Assembly: GCA_049317285.1 (NCBI GenBank)
Contig: JBMOIO010000002.1
Coordinates: 15,312 to 79,311, forward strand
From: Minisyncoccia bacterium
Lineage (GTDB): Bacteria; Patescibacteriota; Minisyncoccia; Phycocordibacterales; UBA9973
Direction: 5' to 3'
Length of the DNA stretch: 64,000 nucleotides
This document shows positions 19,840-29,674 of the stretch, piece by piece (position 1 is the stretch's first letter; each line of letters opens with the position of its first letter). Made by a program: the position numbers and the translations under genes. The notes beneath the pieces were generated by a model. The model saw nothing but the letters and a program-made list of their open reading frames with translations. It was not told where the DNA came from and ran no database searches.

Positions 19840-21585
19840 CTACTCGCTGACAACACGCAACACATCATCAATCGTTGTTTTTCCATGAACCGCTTGGAAT
19901 ATGCCGTCTTCGAGCATGGTCATCATCCCCTCTTTTTTTGCTTGTGCTTCCACTTCGTCGGCGGTACCATTGCGCAAAATGATTTCCTTAATGGCGGGCG
20001 TCACTTTCATTGCTTCGTGAATACCAATACGCCCTTTGTAGCCGTCTTCACTTTCTTCTGAAGGTTTTGGTTTATAAAAAGGAATCTTCTCCCATGGCGT
20101 TCCCTTTTCAATAACATTCTCGGATTCGAGAAACCCTCGCATTCGGTCGAGATCGAGAACATGCGTGAGTGAGGCTATTTCAGACGCTGAAAGAAAATAC
20201 TGCTCTTTAGCGGTAGTAAGTCGGCGCACTAACCGCTGGGCCAAAATTGCTTTTGCGGTCGAGACGATGAGAAACGGCTCAACACCCATATCAATCAAGC
20301 GCGGAATAGCGCCTGCGGCCGAATTGGTGTGGATAGTCGAGAGCACTAAGTGTCCGGTCAGAGCTGCGTTTACAGCAAGGTCTGCCGTTTCGCCGTCTCG
20401 CACCTCACCAACCATAATAATATTCGGATCCTGACGAAGTAGTGCGCGCAAACCGTTTGCAAACGTCATACCAATATCTGCCTTTACTTGCGTTTGATTG
20501 ATGCGTGGCATTTGGTATTCGATTGGGTCTTCGACTGTAGAAATATTTACTTCGGGGGTATTTAAAATATCCAACAATGTATAGAGTGTTGTTGTCTTAC
20601 CGCTCCCTGTCGGACCGGAAGCCAAAATGATGCCTGAGTGCTGACGCAATGCTTCATGAATCGCTTCAAGTCCGCTTCCATGAAAGCCAAGTCCCTCGAG
20701 CGTGAATCCGTGTGTACTCTCGCGCAAAATACGAATAACAGCTTTTTCACCATAGTAGGTAGGGATAGTGGACACGCGAAACGATACAGGCGCCTCGTCG
20801 AGCACTATTTTAAAGCGCCCATCCTGGGGCAAGCGCTTTTCATCGAGCTTGAGGTTTGAAAGCACTTTGATGCGCGCAGTAATCGCGGGCGCCGCCCCTT
20901 TCGGAAGCGTCATTGCATCGTGCAAGATACCGTCGATGCGGTAGCGGATAATCATTTCATTCTCCCCGGGCTCCATATGAATGTCCGATGCGCCTTGCAT
21001 GATTGCATGAGAAATAAGCGAGTCAACAATTTTGATTACCGGCAAGTCTTCTGCAAGCGCCTTGAGGTCTCCTTCAGATGCGTCAGCTTTTGCTTCAGGA
21101 ACAGCGTTCAGTGAAAGCGCTTCCTTTTGAATAATAGCCCCGAACTCCGCCTGCAGGCTTTTTCGGTACTGCTGCAAAACTGCCTTGATGGTCTCAGTGT
21201 CGGTGAGACGCGGCAAGATACGCAGCCCCGTTTTCTTTTTTATAAAGTCGATTACCGGCAGGTTGTCGATATCGAGGACCGCAATCTCCAAGTCGCTCCC
21301 CGACTTTTTGTACGCGACAATGTTATATCTACGCGCAATGGACTCCGGAATAAGCGCGAGAATGTCCGGGTCGAGACGCTCTTTCGTAAGCCCGATAAAC
21401 GGAATACCGAGTACATACGCTTCAAGGCGCTTGATTTCACTCTCCTTCACCTTTCCTTCGGTCAAAAGAAAATCTGAAAGCGATTGTGCGGTATTTTTCC
21501 GACGGTCATACGCTTCGATGTCGCCGAGGCTTGCAATGTTTGCATCGAGCACTAAATTGCGGAGTTTTGCTTGGTCGATTACCAT
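19840..21585 (-). CDS. pilB: Type IV pilus assembly ATPase PilB/GspE
   Basis: ASDIH, RLPQDGR, GPTGSGKTTTLY, EDPIEY, LRQDP and GHLVLSTIH motifs. Confidence 0.95.
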   Translation of the reverse strand: MVIDQAKLRNLVLDANIASLGDIEAYDRRKNTAQSLSDFLLTEGKVKESEIKRLEAYVLGIPFIGLTKERLDPDILALIPESIARRYNIVAYKKSGSDLEIAVLDIDNLPVIDFIKKKTGLRILPRLTDTETIKAVLQQYRKSLQAEFGAIIQKEALSLNAVPEAKADASEGDLKALAEDLPVIKIVDSLISHAIMQGASDIHMEPGENEMIIRYRIDGILHDAMTLPKGAAPAITARIKVLSNLKLDEKRLPQDGRFKIVLDEAPVSFRVSTIPTYYGEKAVIRILRESTHGFTLEGLGFHGSGLEAIHEALRQHSGIILASGPTGSGKTTTLYTLLDILNTPEVNISTVEDPIEYQMPRINQTQVKADIGMTFANGLRALLRQDPNIIMVGEVRDGETADLAVNAALTGHLVLSTIHTNSAAGAIPRLIDMGVEPFLIVSTAKAILAQRLVRRLTTAKEQYFLSASEIASLTHVLDLDRMRGFLESENVIEKGTPWEKIPFYKPKPSEESEDGYKGRIGIHEAMKVTPAIKEIILRNGTADEVEAQAKKEGMMTMLEDGIFQAVHGKTTIDDVLRVVSE

Positions 21586-21671
21586 TCCTTACAGTATAGC
21601 AACAACAGTGGTTGTATGCGCAATAAAAAATTGCTTCTTATATAAATATAAGAAGCAATTTAAAAAAAATA

Positions 21672-22085
21672 CTATTTACCGAATGTTGCGCGTGCCCTTG
21701 TAGCGGCAGTGAGGACCATCGAGGTTTCAGTCAGTGTGGTGACATCATAGACATCCGGACTATCAACATCAACATCGATTTGTGTTTCATTGGCCATAAA
21801 CTTCCATTTACGATTTTTGACTGTTGCACCCTTTGCTATAGTAAGTGCTCCGCCCGTTTTGAACGTCCATACTTCGGCTGTGCCGAAATTATAATTAACC
21901 CATACACCATTCGAAAATTCTTCAACCTTGAGCAGTTTCCATGGCGTTGGGATAATGAGCTCGGTTTTTGTTTTTACAACAGGGGTCGTAGTATCCGGCT
22001 TTGTCGTATTGTCTTTACCACATGAAGCAATACCAACAAACAGTGCGATAAGGATGATCCATCCTTTGTTTAAAAGAGCTTTCAT
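21672..22085 (-). CDS. Putative lipoprotein (lipocalin-like)
   Basis: Lipobox-like IASC-GKD, PWKLLKV; has its own TTGACA-17-TAGACT promoter. Confidence 0.65.
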   Translation of the reverse strand: MKALLNKGWIILIALFVGIASCGKDNTTKPDTTTPVVKTKTELIIPTPWKLLKVEEFSNGVWVNYNFGTAEVWTFKTGGALTIAKGATVKNRKWKFMANETQIDVDVDSPDVYDVTTLTETSMVLTAATRARATFGK

Positions 22086-22214
22086 ATTTATTTGTTTAAG
22101 TGTGAGAAATTAACGTTTTTTGAAGTCTAATAGAGATTCACCTATTTGTCAAGATTTTTTTGACTTTCTTCCAGCAATCAAAAACACCCCTGCTCGGGGT
22201 GTTTTTATATAGCA

Positions 22215-23474
22215 CTAGTCCTGAAAAATAATAAGGTTTGTCGCACTGTTGATATGGAAGTAGACGTATTCATCAGTTGCACCTCCGAAAGTGCGCTCTC
22301 GTGCTGCCCGCCCCTTAATCTTCCCATAAAACTCAATTGTGTCCCCTACATTTAGCGTTCGGCCATATGACTGATAGCTCACACTATAGGGCATTGTCGT
22401 ATACGGATCATCTTTTGCATCACGCCCGAAAGTCCAATTCCAATTACCCTCCTTGCAGGTATAGTTTGCCCAAGAGTATCCAGGAAAAGGATTATTATAT
22501 CCACCCTCATTACATTCTGTAAAGAAGTATGATCCTGCATTTGCCGTATCAAAATCCCCTTCCCACGCTACGCCCGATGGAAATTGAATAGGATCAGGAA
22601 GCGGATTAAAGGTTCCATTACTCTTATAGTCCCCCGGAGTAGGGAGCTTTGTTTCAACGCCGTTGATGTTTACATAAAAATCTACCCAGATACTAAACCG
22701 AGTGCGCTCAGTATCGCGAACAGTCAATTGTCCAGAGGAAGAAAAGTTAATATTGTATACACCCGCCTCTGTTACAGTCAGTACTTTACCACTCGCTCCT
22801 GGAGAAAGAGAGGTTGGGTGATAGGTTGAAATAGTACTACAGGTAGGACTAAGCATGCTTAAAGAAAACTTCATCAGGTTTGGATTGTAATTTTTGGTGG
22901 TGGGGAGTTCCCAAATCGCATTTGCAATATTGTGTGTCAACAGACATCTATTCCCTACAACTTGTTCTGTACAGTTCCCTGTCTTTATATTGCGCACATG
23001 CCCAAAAGGAACTGTTTCTTGGTTACCCGAAATGTTTCTGCACATATCTGGTACACAGAGGTTTATCACCCCATTAGCATCAGCACATAGCGCCTTGTTA
23101 CTGTCATTTGCCACGCGCTGATTTTGAATATAGCTATTTGCCAAAATATTTCCACTTACCGCAATGTTTCCCACTACACCACCAGCAGTACTTCCTACAG
23201 CAACAGTTGAATTAGTGTCTACAGGAGTACCTCCGCGCACCACACCTTGAAGCGAAAGCGTTTGCTCAAAAGAACTGTTTTGAGAAACAAGAAAATCTTG
23301 CACAGAAAGTCCACCGCTTTTTATCTGTGCAGGACCAACATGAACAGGGAGCGATTTATTTCCCGCATACAGATCAGCCGATGGAGCTGCCCACTGAGCA
23401 GTAACAGAAACACCAAAGGCAAATACGAGTCCGAAGGCGATATATTTAAGATTGGTGAGAAGTGTTTTTTTCAT
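22215..23474 (-). CDS. Secreted protein, paralog 3 of a tandem family
   Basis: Signal peptide MKKTLLTNLK...; QIKSGGLS...LCADANG..LC domain shared with neighbours. Confidence 0.75.
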   Translation of the reverse strand: MKKTLLTNLKYIAFGLVFAFGVSVTAQWAAPSADLYAGNKSLPVHVGPAQIKSGGLSVQDFLVSQNSSFEQTLSLQGVVRGGTPVDTNSTVAVGSTAGGVVGNIAVSGNILANSYIQNQRVANDSNKALCADANGVINLCVPDMCRNISGNQETVPFGHVRNIKTGNCTEQVVGNRCLLTHNIANAIWELPTTKNYNPNLMKFSLSMLSPTCSTISTYHPTSLSPGASGKVLTVTEAGVYNINFSSSGQLTVRDTERTRFSIWVDFYVNINGVETKLPTPGDYKSNGTFNPLPDPIQFPSGVAWEGDFDTANAGSYFFTECNEGGYNNPFPGYSWANYTCKEGNWNWTFGRDAKDDPYTTMPYSVSYQSYGRTLNVGDTIEFYGKIKGRAARERTFGGATDEYVYFHINSATNLIIFQD

Positions 23475-23477
23475 AAA

Positions 23478-24233
23478 TTATTGGCAGCTGTTAAAGGTGA
23501 TGATAAACGATGGACTATCTTCGCTAAGTCCAAAGGCAGTCGCATTGTCGGAGAACGGGATTGGTGTTCCTGTATCTAAACACATCCAATTCATTGCAGT
23601 AATAGTATAACTTCCCAACGATACAACTGTCGGAACTGTGGTGTTGTTCACTGTATAGATTTGACCAGTAGCATTGTTTCGAATAGTAACAGCATCTCCT
23701 ACTTGGTTTGGTCTAAAAGAAATCAATACAGATCCCATTGGTTCTAGTGCTCCTGTCTCTGTAGTCCACACTGCAGGATCACACAACACAAGCGTTCCTG
23801 TTTCGTCGGCACATACTGCACCATCAGTAGGATTTGCGAGCGGATTGCTTTGCACCGTGTAATTAGTATTTGCCACGCCTCCTGAAACGGCAACATGTGT
23901 TGGCACTTCGACATTAGGACCTCCAAAACGAACAGTTCCTACTGTCGTACCAGGTGCACCCCCACGAAGCCCTCCTGTGAAGAAGGTTGTTCCATCAATC
24001 TGTGCGTTTGCAAGCGCGATAAACCATTCACCTATCGAAAGCGAGCCTGCCTTCACCTGATCAGTACTATTCACGTACACTGGTGTTGAGGCGTTATTGT
24101 TGGGGAATGAAGCACTCGGGCCGGAATAGGAATTGGTGAGCCCACCCCATGACGCATGTGCATAGCTTGCCCCCATAGCAAGAACAAGACCGAGAGCGAT
24201 GAATTTTAAATTAGTGAGAAGTGTTTTTTTCAT
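23478..24233 (-). CDS. Secreted protein, paralog 2
   Basis: MKKTLLTNLK...; QVKAGSLS...VCADETG.LVLC. Confidence 0.75.
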   Translation of the reverse strand: MKKTLLTNLKFIALGLVLAMGASYAHASWGGLTNSYSGPSASFPNNNASTPVYVNSTDQVKAGSLSIGEWFIALANAQIDGTTFFTGGLRGGAPGTTVGTVRFGGPNVEVPTHVAVSGGVANTNYTVQSNPLANPTDGAVCADETGTLVLCDPAVWTTETGALEPMGSVLISFRPNQVGDAVTIRNNATGQIYTVNNTTVPTVVSLGSYTITAMNWMCLDTGTPIPFSDNATAFGLSEDSPSFIITFNSCQ

Positions 24234-24242
24234 AAAAATAAT

Positions 24243-24986
24243 TTAACAGCTAAAGTTAAAGGTGATGGTGTATGAATCTCCGTCATTGAGAACAAAATCT
24301 GTTCCTCCTCCCCGGGTCATAACAGGGTCGTTTGTAGTGGTACACACTATATCCGTATTGGTGATGGTATAACTACCAATCGGCACCACTTTTCCAGTTG
24401 AAATGCCCATAGTGAATCCTGGAGCCATATCAAGTCTGTGCAACGATCCATCATTATTATTATTCACCATCACAAACGTACCAGTCTGCTGGGAGCCCTC
24501 AATATAAAAGTCTAGAGAGGCGCTTGGGGTTGCAGCCACAGGTGCCGGTGCAGCGGGGGCAGTAGAAGGAGAAGTGCAAAGGAAAAATGTTCCGTCTGCA
24601 TTAGCGCACACCGGTTTTTTCCCACCACCACTGACAAGAGAGTTTGACTGTATTGTTCCAAGAGTGCTGATAGAGCCGTTTATAGTAGTATTCACCCCGT
24701 AGCTACTGTTACCAATCGCAACCGTGTTTGATCCATCGCTCTGAATGTTGCCCCCTGTCACAACTCCTCCAGCAAATGTTTCTTGACTGAACAAAGCGTT
24801 TCCTCGAGCCTGAAATGTTGTTGTAGAAAATCCTCCTGCTTTATCTTGACTAAGCGCGCTCGTATTGATTGGTGCATCAGTGTTTGCGCCAAATGCTCCT
24901 GTTGTTGGAGGAGTGTAGGCTGAAACAGCGCCGGCAATGCCGAGAGCGAGACCAAGAGCGATAAGGCGGTAATGGATGAGTTTCAT
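24243..24986 (-). CDS. Secreted protein, paralog 1
   Basis: Signal peptide; QDKAGGFS...VCANADG.FFLC. Confidence 0.75.
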   Translation of the reverse strand: MKLIHYRLIALGLALGIAGAVSAYTPPTTGAFGANTDAPINTSALSQDKAGGFSTTTFQARGNALFSQETFAGGVVTGGNIQSDGSNTVAIGNSSYGVNTTINGSISTLGTIQSNSLVSGGGKKPVCANADGTFFLCTSPSTAPAAPAPVAATPSASLDFYIEGSQQTGTFVMVNNNNDGSLHRLDMAPGFTMGISTGKVVPIGSYTITNTDIVCTTTNDPVMTRGGGTDFVLNDGDSYTITFNFSC

Positions 24987-24987
24987 A

Positions 24988-25323
24988 TTAGTTATTTAAA
25001 CTGTTAAGCATTTGTAGTCGATCGCTGGGCGTTGTTTTTGTCGGAGACGAAGTTGCTCCGAGTACGCTCCCTTGAGCAAAGACCTGCTCAGGAGTCTTGT
25101 TCACCGGAAGAGAAGACTCAGAAAGTGAGCGAAGTGCCTCTTCAGGACTGAGTGCCTTATCCTTTTGTTCCATGAAATACCATACCGCTAACCCAACAAC
25201 AATAACGATACATATAATAGCCACTGCTGTGCGTTGTTTTTTCTGTTCATAACCACTGAGAACCGCATGTTCTTCAAGAACGCGTGGATTGTAGTTATTG
25301 TTTTGTACTGCGGTAGATTCCAT
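24988..25323 (-). CDS. Small single-TM protein
   Basis: One hydrophobic helix; tightly packed in the operon. Confidence 0.65.
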   Translation of the reverse strand: MESTAVQNNNYNPRVLEEHAVLSGYEQKKQRTAVAIICIVIVVGLAVWYFMEQKDKALSPEEALRSLSESSLPVNKTPEQVFAQGSVLGATSSPTKTTPSDRLQMLNSLNN

Positions 25324-25336
25324 GACAATAAGTATA

Positions 25337-26605
25337 CTAAAATTCTATGAATATCGGCTTTTTTACCGCTACGCATGCACCCTGTGGGTTAACTGTCATA
25401 TTAGTAGGGATGCTAAGTTGTACATCCGCAATATTTGGACACCAGTCCGTAGTAAGGTCAGGGTAACCAATCGGCACGCATTGACTGCTTTCGTTTATCG
25501 TATATCCAGCTGGTGCTGCAAGTTGTACACCAATAATATTCGGGCAGACATCACCGACCCCTCCATCGCCCGGAGGGGTGCCGCCTCCTCCAGTACCATT
25601 AGGACAGCTGTTGTTTACTGGTGTCGCTCCGTCTGGGCAACGCTTAGTAATCTGAGTACAAGAAGAGTCTGTACAGTCTGGGCAAATACCGTTAGAAGGT
25701 TTTGGTGCACCATTTGGACAGAAGAGATTTTTCTGTGTTGGGGTACAGTTACCAGTTACCAGGTCAATGACCAGTGTCGAAGGAAGGTTGTTTCTGAAAT
25801 ACGCCTGATACGGTGGCTGACAGGCTGCACCTAGTCCACCTGGTGGAACACATTGCCCATTGGTGTCTATTGTATAACTAGGAGGAAGTGCATTTTTCTT
25901 TATGTGAGTGTATGGACTGTTAGGACAATACTGTGTTGCAAGAAGACAGTTTCCGTCAGTGTCCCGAGTGAGCCCTTGTTGGGTGAGGTATGCTTGGTCT
26001 TGATTCCCTGCAATATCAAGACAGAGGTCCACAGTCGGTGTTGTCGTTATCTTTGCATCACCTTGAACCGCGATCCAGCCAAGCACCTCAGAGCCCCAAA
26101 TGGAGCCATTAATACTGCGCGTTGTTCCGTTGAGTGCCCCAAGAGTGAGTCCGTATCCGCTTCCGGAGAGCGAAAGGAACCCATCCCAGCCTCCTAAATA
26201 AGCATTATCCGCCAGAGCACCACTGCAACCAGAAGCAAAAACAGAGCAGGCGCGTGCCCATCCCTCGACAGTAGAGGTCACAGTATTAAGGCGTGCTCCC
26301 GCTGTACATCCGCTTGTCGGACAACCAGCATCGTTAAATGTAATCCAGCCAATATTGGAAGACCACGCAGTACCAGAAACTGTTCCTGTTATCGGATCAA
26401 TCGTTACGCCATAGGTATACCCTGTACAAGTATTAGAGTCCGCTGCGTCAGTACAGTTGTTGAGCGATATCCACCCGGTATTTGAAGACCACATGCTTCC
26501 GCTTGCATTATTATTGGTACCCGCGCGCAAAGAAGACGCAGTGAACAATACAATGGCGGTTACAACAGTGAGTGCAATGAAAAGTACTTTAGTGCGAGTC
26601 TTCAT
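25337..26605 (-). CDS. Cys-rich secreted protein with GxAWSxNxGWI repeats and DxCPNIxGxQ repeats
   Basis: Signal peptide, WSSNTGWIS/WSSNIGWIT, several DxCPN modules, ends KKPIFIEF. Confidence 0.8.
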   Translation of the reverse strand: MKTRTKVLFIALTVVTAIVLFTASSLRAGTNNNASGSMWSSNTGWISLNNCTDAADSNTCTGYTYGVTIDPITGTVSGTAWSSNIGWITFNDAGCPTSGCTAGARLNTVTSTVEGWARACSVFASGCSGALADNAYLGGWDGFLSLSGSGYGLTLGALNGTTRSINGSIWGSEVLGWIAVQGDAKITTTPTVDLCLDIAGNQDQAYLTQQGLTRDTDGNCLLATQYCPNSPYTHIKKNALPPSYTIDTNGQCVPPGGLGAACQPPYQAYFRNNLPSTLVIDLVTGNCTPTQKNLFCPNGAPKPSNGICPDCTDSSCTQITKRCPDGATPVNNSCPNGTGGGGTPPGDGGVGDVCPNIIGVQLAAPAGYTINESSQCVPIGYPDLTTDWCPNIADVQLSIPTNMTVNPQGACVAVKKPIFIEF

Positions 26606-26685
26606 GAATACATAGAGTATAGTGCACATGCGACAACACGCGCAAGGAGTTATCCCGTGTTATGTAAAGAAAAATTGAAAGAACA

Positions 26686-27573
26686 TTAAAACTCAGTAAA
26701 GATCGGTTTCTTTTTATTGAAAATAAAACTCGAATAAGAACTACCGTTACATGCAGCCTGTCCTCCTGTTACTGTGCCAGGTACAATAATATCAGTCGCT
26801 ACTTCCCATGTATCCCCTCCGCGAGGAACTAGTGTTACTGTTTTTGTACTTGCGCCCCATGTGACAGTACATGTTCCACTACCACCAATATGAGTGATGA
26901 CAATTCGTTTTGTTGATCCGCTCGGAGCGGTTGGTGGAGTACCAGGGTCGACAGGAATAGCCGGGTCATACGGCGGATCTACATGTAGCACTGTTGTCTG
27001 AATACAATTTCCTCCTGAAAATGAGTACCCTGCAGGAATCGCTGTTTGTGTGCCAGAAAGATTAGGACATACATCTGTTACTGGAGGACACGCAGCGGTA
27101 CTGCATGCTTGAGATTCAACTGCACTTCCCACACACGGAGCACCTCCGTTTAATGGTGGAGTACAGGTGCGAGTACGAGTCTGCGTGCCTGTTTGTCCGC
27201 AGGCGTTTACACTGCAATCACTCCATGGCCCCCATGGGCCCCAGAAACCATCAACAGGAGTCAATGGGCACGCAGCGGTACTGCATGGTTGAGACTCAAC
27301 CGAGTCTCCCACACAAGGAGCACCTCCGTTTAATGGTGGAGTACAGGTGCGAGTACGAGTCTGCGTGCCTGTTTGTCCGCATGCACTTACACTACAGTCA
27401 CTCCATGGTCCCCATGGACCCCATGATCCGTCGACAGGAGTTGGCGGAACAACAGTGTATTCGATCGAGAAATTAAAATACTCCCACGCCGCATTAGCGC
27501 GCTCTGGAATTGCAAACGAACAAACTGCAATGAGTACAAGAGTGGTAAAAAAGAGTGCGAGTTTTTGTTTCAT
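26686..27573 (-). CDS. Secreted protein with two thrombospondin type 1 (TSR) domains
   Basis: Two copies of VDGxWGPWGPWSDCSVxACGQTGTQTRTRTC...C...C...C; ends KKPIFTEF. Confidence 0.85.
   Translation of the reverse strand: MKQKLALFFTTLVLIAVCSFAIPERANAAWEYFNFSIEYTVVPPTPVDGSWGPWGPWSDCSVSACGQTGTQTRTRTCTPPLNGGAPCVGDSVESQPCSTAACPLTPVDGFWGPWGPWSDCSVNACGQTGTQTRTRTCTPPLNGGAPCVGSAVESQACSTAACPPVTDVCPNLSGTQTAIPAGYSFSGGNCIQTTVLHVDPPYDPAIPVDPGTPPTAPSGSTKRIVITHIGGSGTCTVTWGASTKTVTLVPRGGDTWEVATDIIVPGTVTGGQAACNGSSYSSFIFNKKKPIFTEF
27089..27441. repeat. Tandem direct repeat with 180-bp period encoding the two TSR domains
   Basis: 27089-27261 vs 27269-27441, 20 mismatches by manual count, identical core at 27137-27201. 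Confidence 0.92.
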
Positions 27574-27589
27574 AATATGCATAGTTCTA

Positions 27590-29563
27590 TTAACATCTAA
27601 ATTGCGGCCAAACCTCAACTTCAGTTGAAGTTGTTGAAAAGCACTGCGAATCTATATTCGGAGGAAACAACCCGGCGTAAGGTGTTGACGGTCCGTACTC
27701 TTCTATACAGCTTTCACCTGCAGGAATAGTGACCTCTTTTGTTTCAAAACCAATAAATGAAGCATAGAACCTCCATCGCGCCGTAAATGTTACAGGGTTC
27801 GGGAGAGTGTATGTCTGTGGCGGATATGGGTCCCCAATATTCCACTCTTGTGCAAGACAGATACGAATAAGTCTTTTATAGTTACCCCAAAATCCACATG
27901 AACCCGGAATACATCCAAATGAGGATCCAACAGGGTCATGGGTGTACACCATCCCTGAGGCAGGTATCTTTTGTACGGCGTCTTGTACCTTTATCCCTCC
28001 CTTAAAGCTCGCTGAAAAGACCCCTGCAGAGGCTTGCGCTGTACCAATCGTTGCTGTCCCAAAAAGACTTCCACCGGAAGAAATACTGTTTTCACCTATA
28101 ATCGAAACTAGTGCTCCATTTACACCTCCTTCAAGCGAAGCAGTGTCGACATTCGTTGATTCTGATTGAATCGATGTCGTAACAGAAATGGTTTCATTTT
28201 GCTGATACGAGCTTTTGTTGGTATTTATTGTGAAATGAAGCGGGCCGTTTGCCGAACCCTGAATCGTATACGTTGCCGCAGAAGCAGTAGAAGTAATTCC
28301 CCAAGCAAATAAGAAGAGGAGAAGAGCAATGGTATTTACTGTCGCACTATTATTAGCAGCCTGCTTTTTCTTGATATACCACAGTACTGCACCCAAGAGT
28401 GCAAGTACTCCAAGAACCAATAGTGCGATAGTGCCCCATTTTACGGGACGCTTCACTGAAGTAGTCTCAAATACAACAGACATATCATCAAATACTTCCC
28501 CTGTTGCGTCCTTCAATACAAGTGTCACTTCTGGATTGTAACAAGCATTAAGAATAGGAATCTCTATTGTAGAAAAGACGCTTCCTTCATCAAGTACAAG
28601 CAGAGATTCATATGCCGCAGCACAGCTTCGCCCTGTATCGCTCTTTATTACTACATTCGCCACTATTTCCTTTGTAGTAGCAGACCACAAAAGAGAAAGT
28701 CGCGCGGTTTCATTTTTAATATAAAAATCCTTATCAAGAGTCATATTGGCAATCTTTGCGGTCGGACCAGCAACAGTGTATGGAAAAGATATCATGCCAG
28801 ACGCACCATCAAGCGTGACAGTAAGGTTATATAACCCCGCTTTCTCGCTACGAGGAAGCGTAAGGATGAGCGGCTGTTCTGGCTGTTCAGAGAGTGCAAT
28901 TGCTCCAGTATCTCCTCCTACAACTGCAATCTCTTCACCAAATGCACTCCCTTCGCGGGTTATATAGCGAGGAGTAACAGAAAGGGGGGCTCCTGTCGGG
29001 TTTTTTATTACGCACAAAAGCCGAAACGATTCTTCTGGCAAAAGAATAACGTTTGCGTGGGGTATATACCCCGTCGCAGTGACAGGTTTCACTTCAGTTC
29101 TGCAAGAGAGAGGGTCGATGGAGACGCCGTTTTCTGATGCAACAAGCGTTACTTCTCCTGCAACTGTTATTCCGAACAGAAAACCGCTTTGGTTTCGGGC
29201 GCGCACGAGAACCGTATAGGATCCATCGAGGGTTGTGGGTACATCATAAATAACTTCGCGTGAAAGAGAGCTATTCGGGGCAAGTGTCAAAATTTCTTCA
29301 TATATTTTCTCGTCAACAAGGGTCTGCTTACCCCCTTCATTACTCACTAAGCTCACGCTATAGCGAACATCGGACTGCATCCCTTCACCGTTGTTGAGCT
29401 CAAACCCGACCGTAATCTCTCCTCCTTCATACGAGAGTACTCGCGCGTTTTGAATATTAACCGAGGCAACCTTGACCGGTCCATTTTCTGATACTTGCGC
29501 ACTTGCCACTATAGGGAAGAGCGCGAGTGCAGCGAGAAGAAATGAAAATAGATAGCGATTCAT
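27590..29563 (-). CDS. Large secreted/membrane protein with an internal TM plus a second signal-peptide-like segment
   Basis: N-terminal signal peptide (ASA-Q); internal TM followed by LLLFLFAWGITSTASA-ATY. Confidence 0.75.
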   Translation of the reverse strand: MNRYLFSFLLAALALFPIVASAQVSENGPVKVASVNIQNARVLSYEGGEITVGFELNNGEGMQSDVRYSVSLVSNEGGKQTLVDEKIYEEILTLAPNSSLSREVIYDVPTTLDGSYTVLVRARNQSGFLFGITVAGEVTLVASENGVSIDPLSCRTEVKPVTATGYIPHANVILLPEESFRLLCVIKNPTGAPLSVTPRYITREGSAFGEEIAVVGGDTGAIALSEQPEQPLILTLPRSEKAGLYNLTVTLDGASGMISFPYTVAGPTAKIANMTLDKDFYIKNETARLSLLWSATTKEIVANVVIKSDTGRSCAAAYESLLVLDEGSVFSTIEIPILNACYNPEVTLVLKDATGEVFDDMSVVFETTSVKRPVKWGTIALLVLGVLALLGAVLWYIKKKQAANNSATVNTIALLLFLFAWGITSTASAATYTIQGSANGPLHFTINTNKSSYQQNETISVTTSIQSESTNVDTASLEGGVNGALVSIIGENSISSGGSLFGTATIGTAQASAGVFSASFKGGIKVQDAVQKIPASGMVYTHDPVGSSFGCIPGSCGFWGNYKRLIRICLAQEWNIGDPYPPQTYTLPNPVTFTARWRFYASFIGFETKEVTIPAGESCIEEYGPSTPYAGLFPPNIDSQCFSTTSTEVEVWPQFRC

Positions 29564-29674
29564 AAAAATAAAAATTGTATTACAATTCAGTATACCTAAC
29601 TTAATCCTACTATAACAACAAGTTATACCCATATATAAAAAACCTCTTTGCTATAAAGCAAAGAGGTTGGAGGA

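Noticed and set aside
27089-27441. 180-bp repeat as a second TR/VR pair or CRISPR array
   Set aside because: Mismatches involve all bases, both copies are in-frame coding, and there are no spacers.
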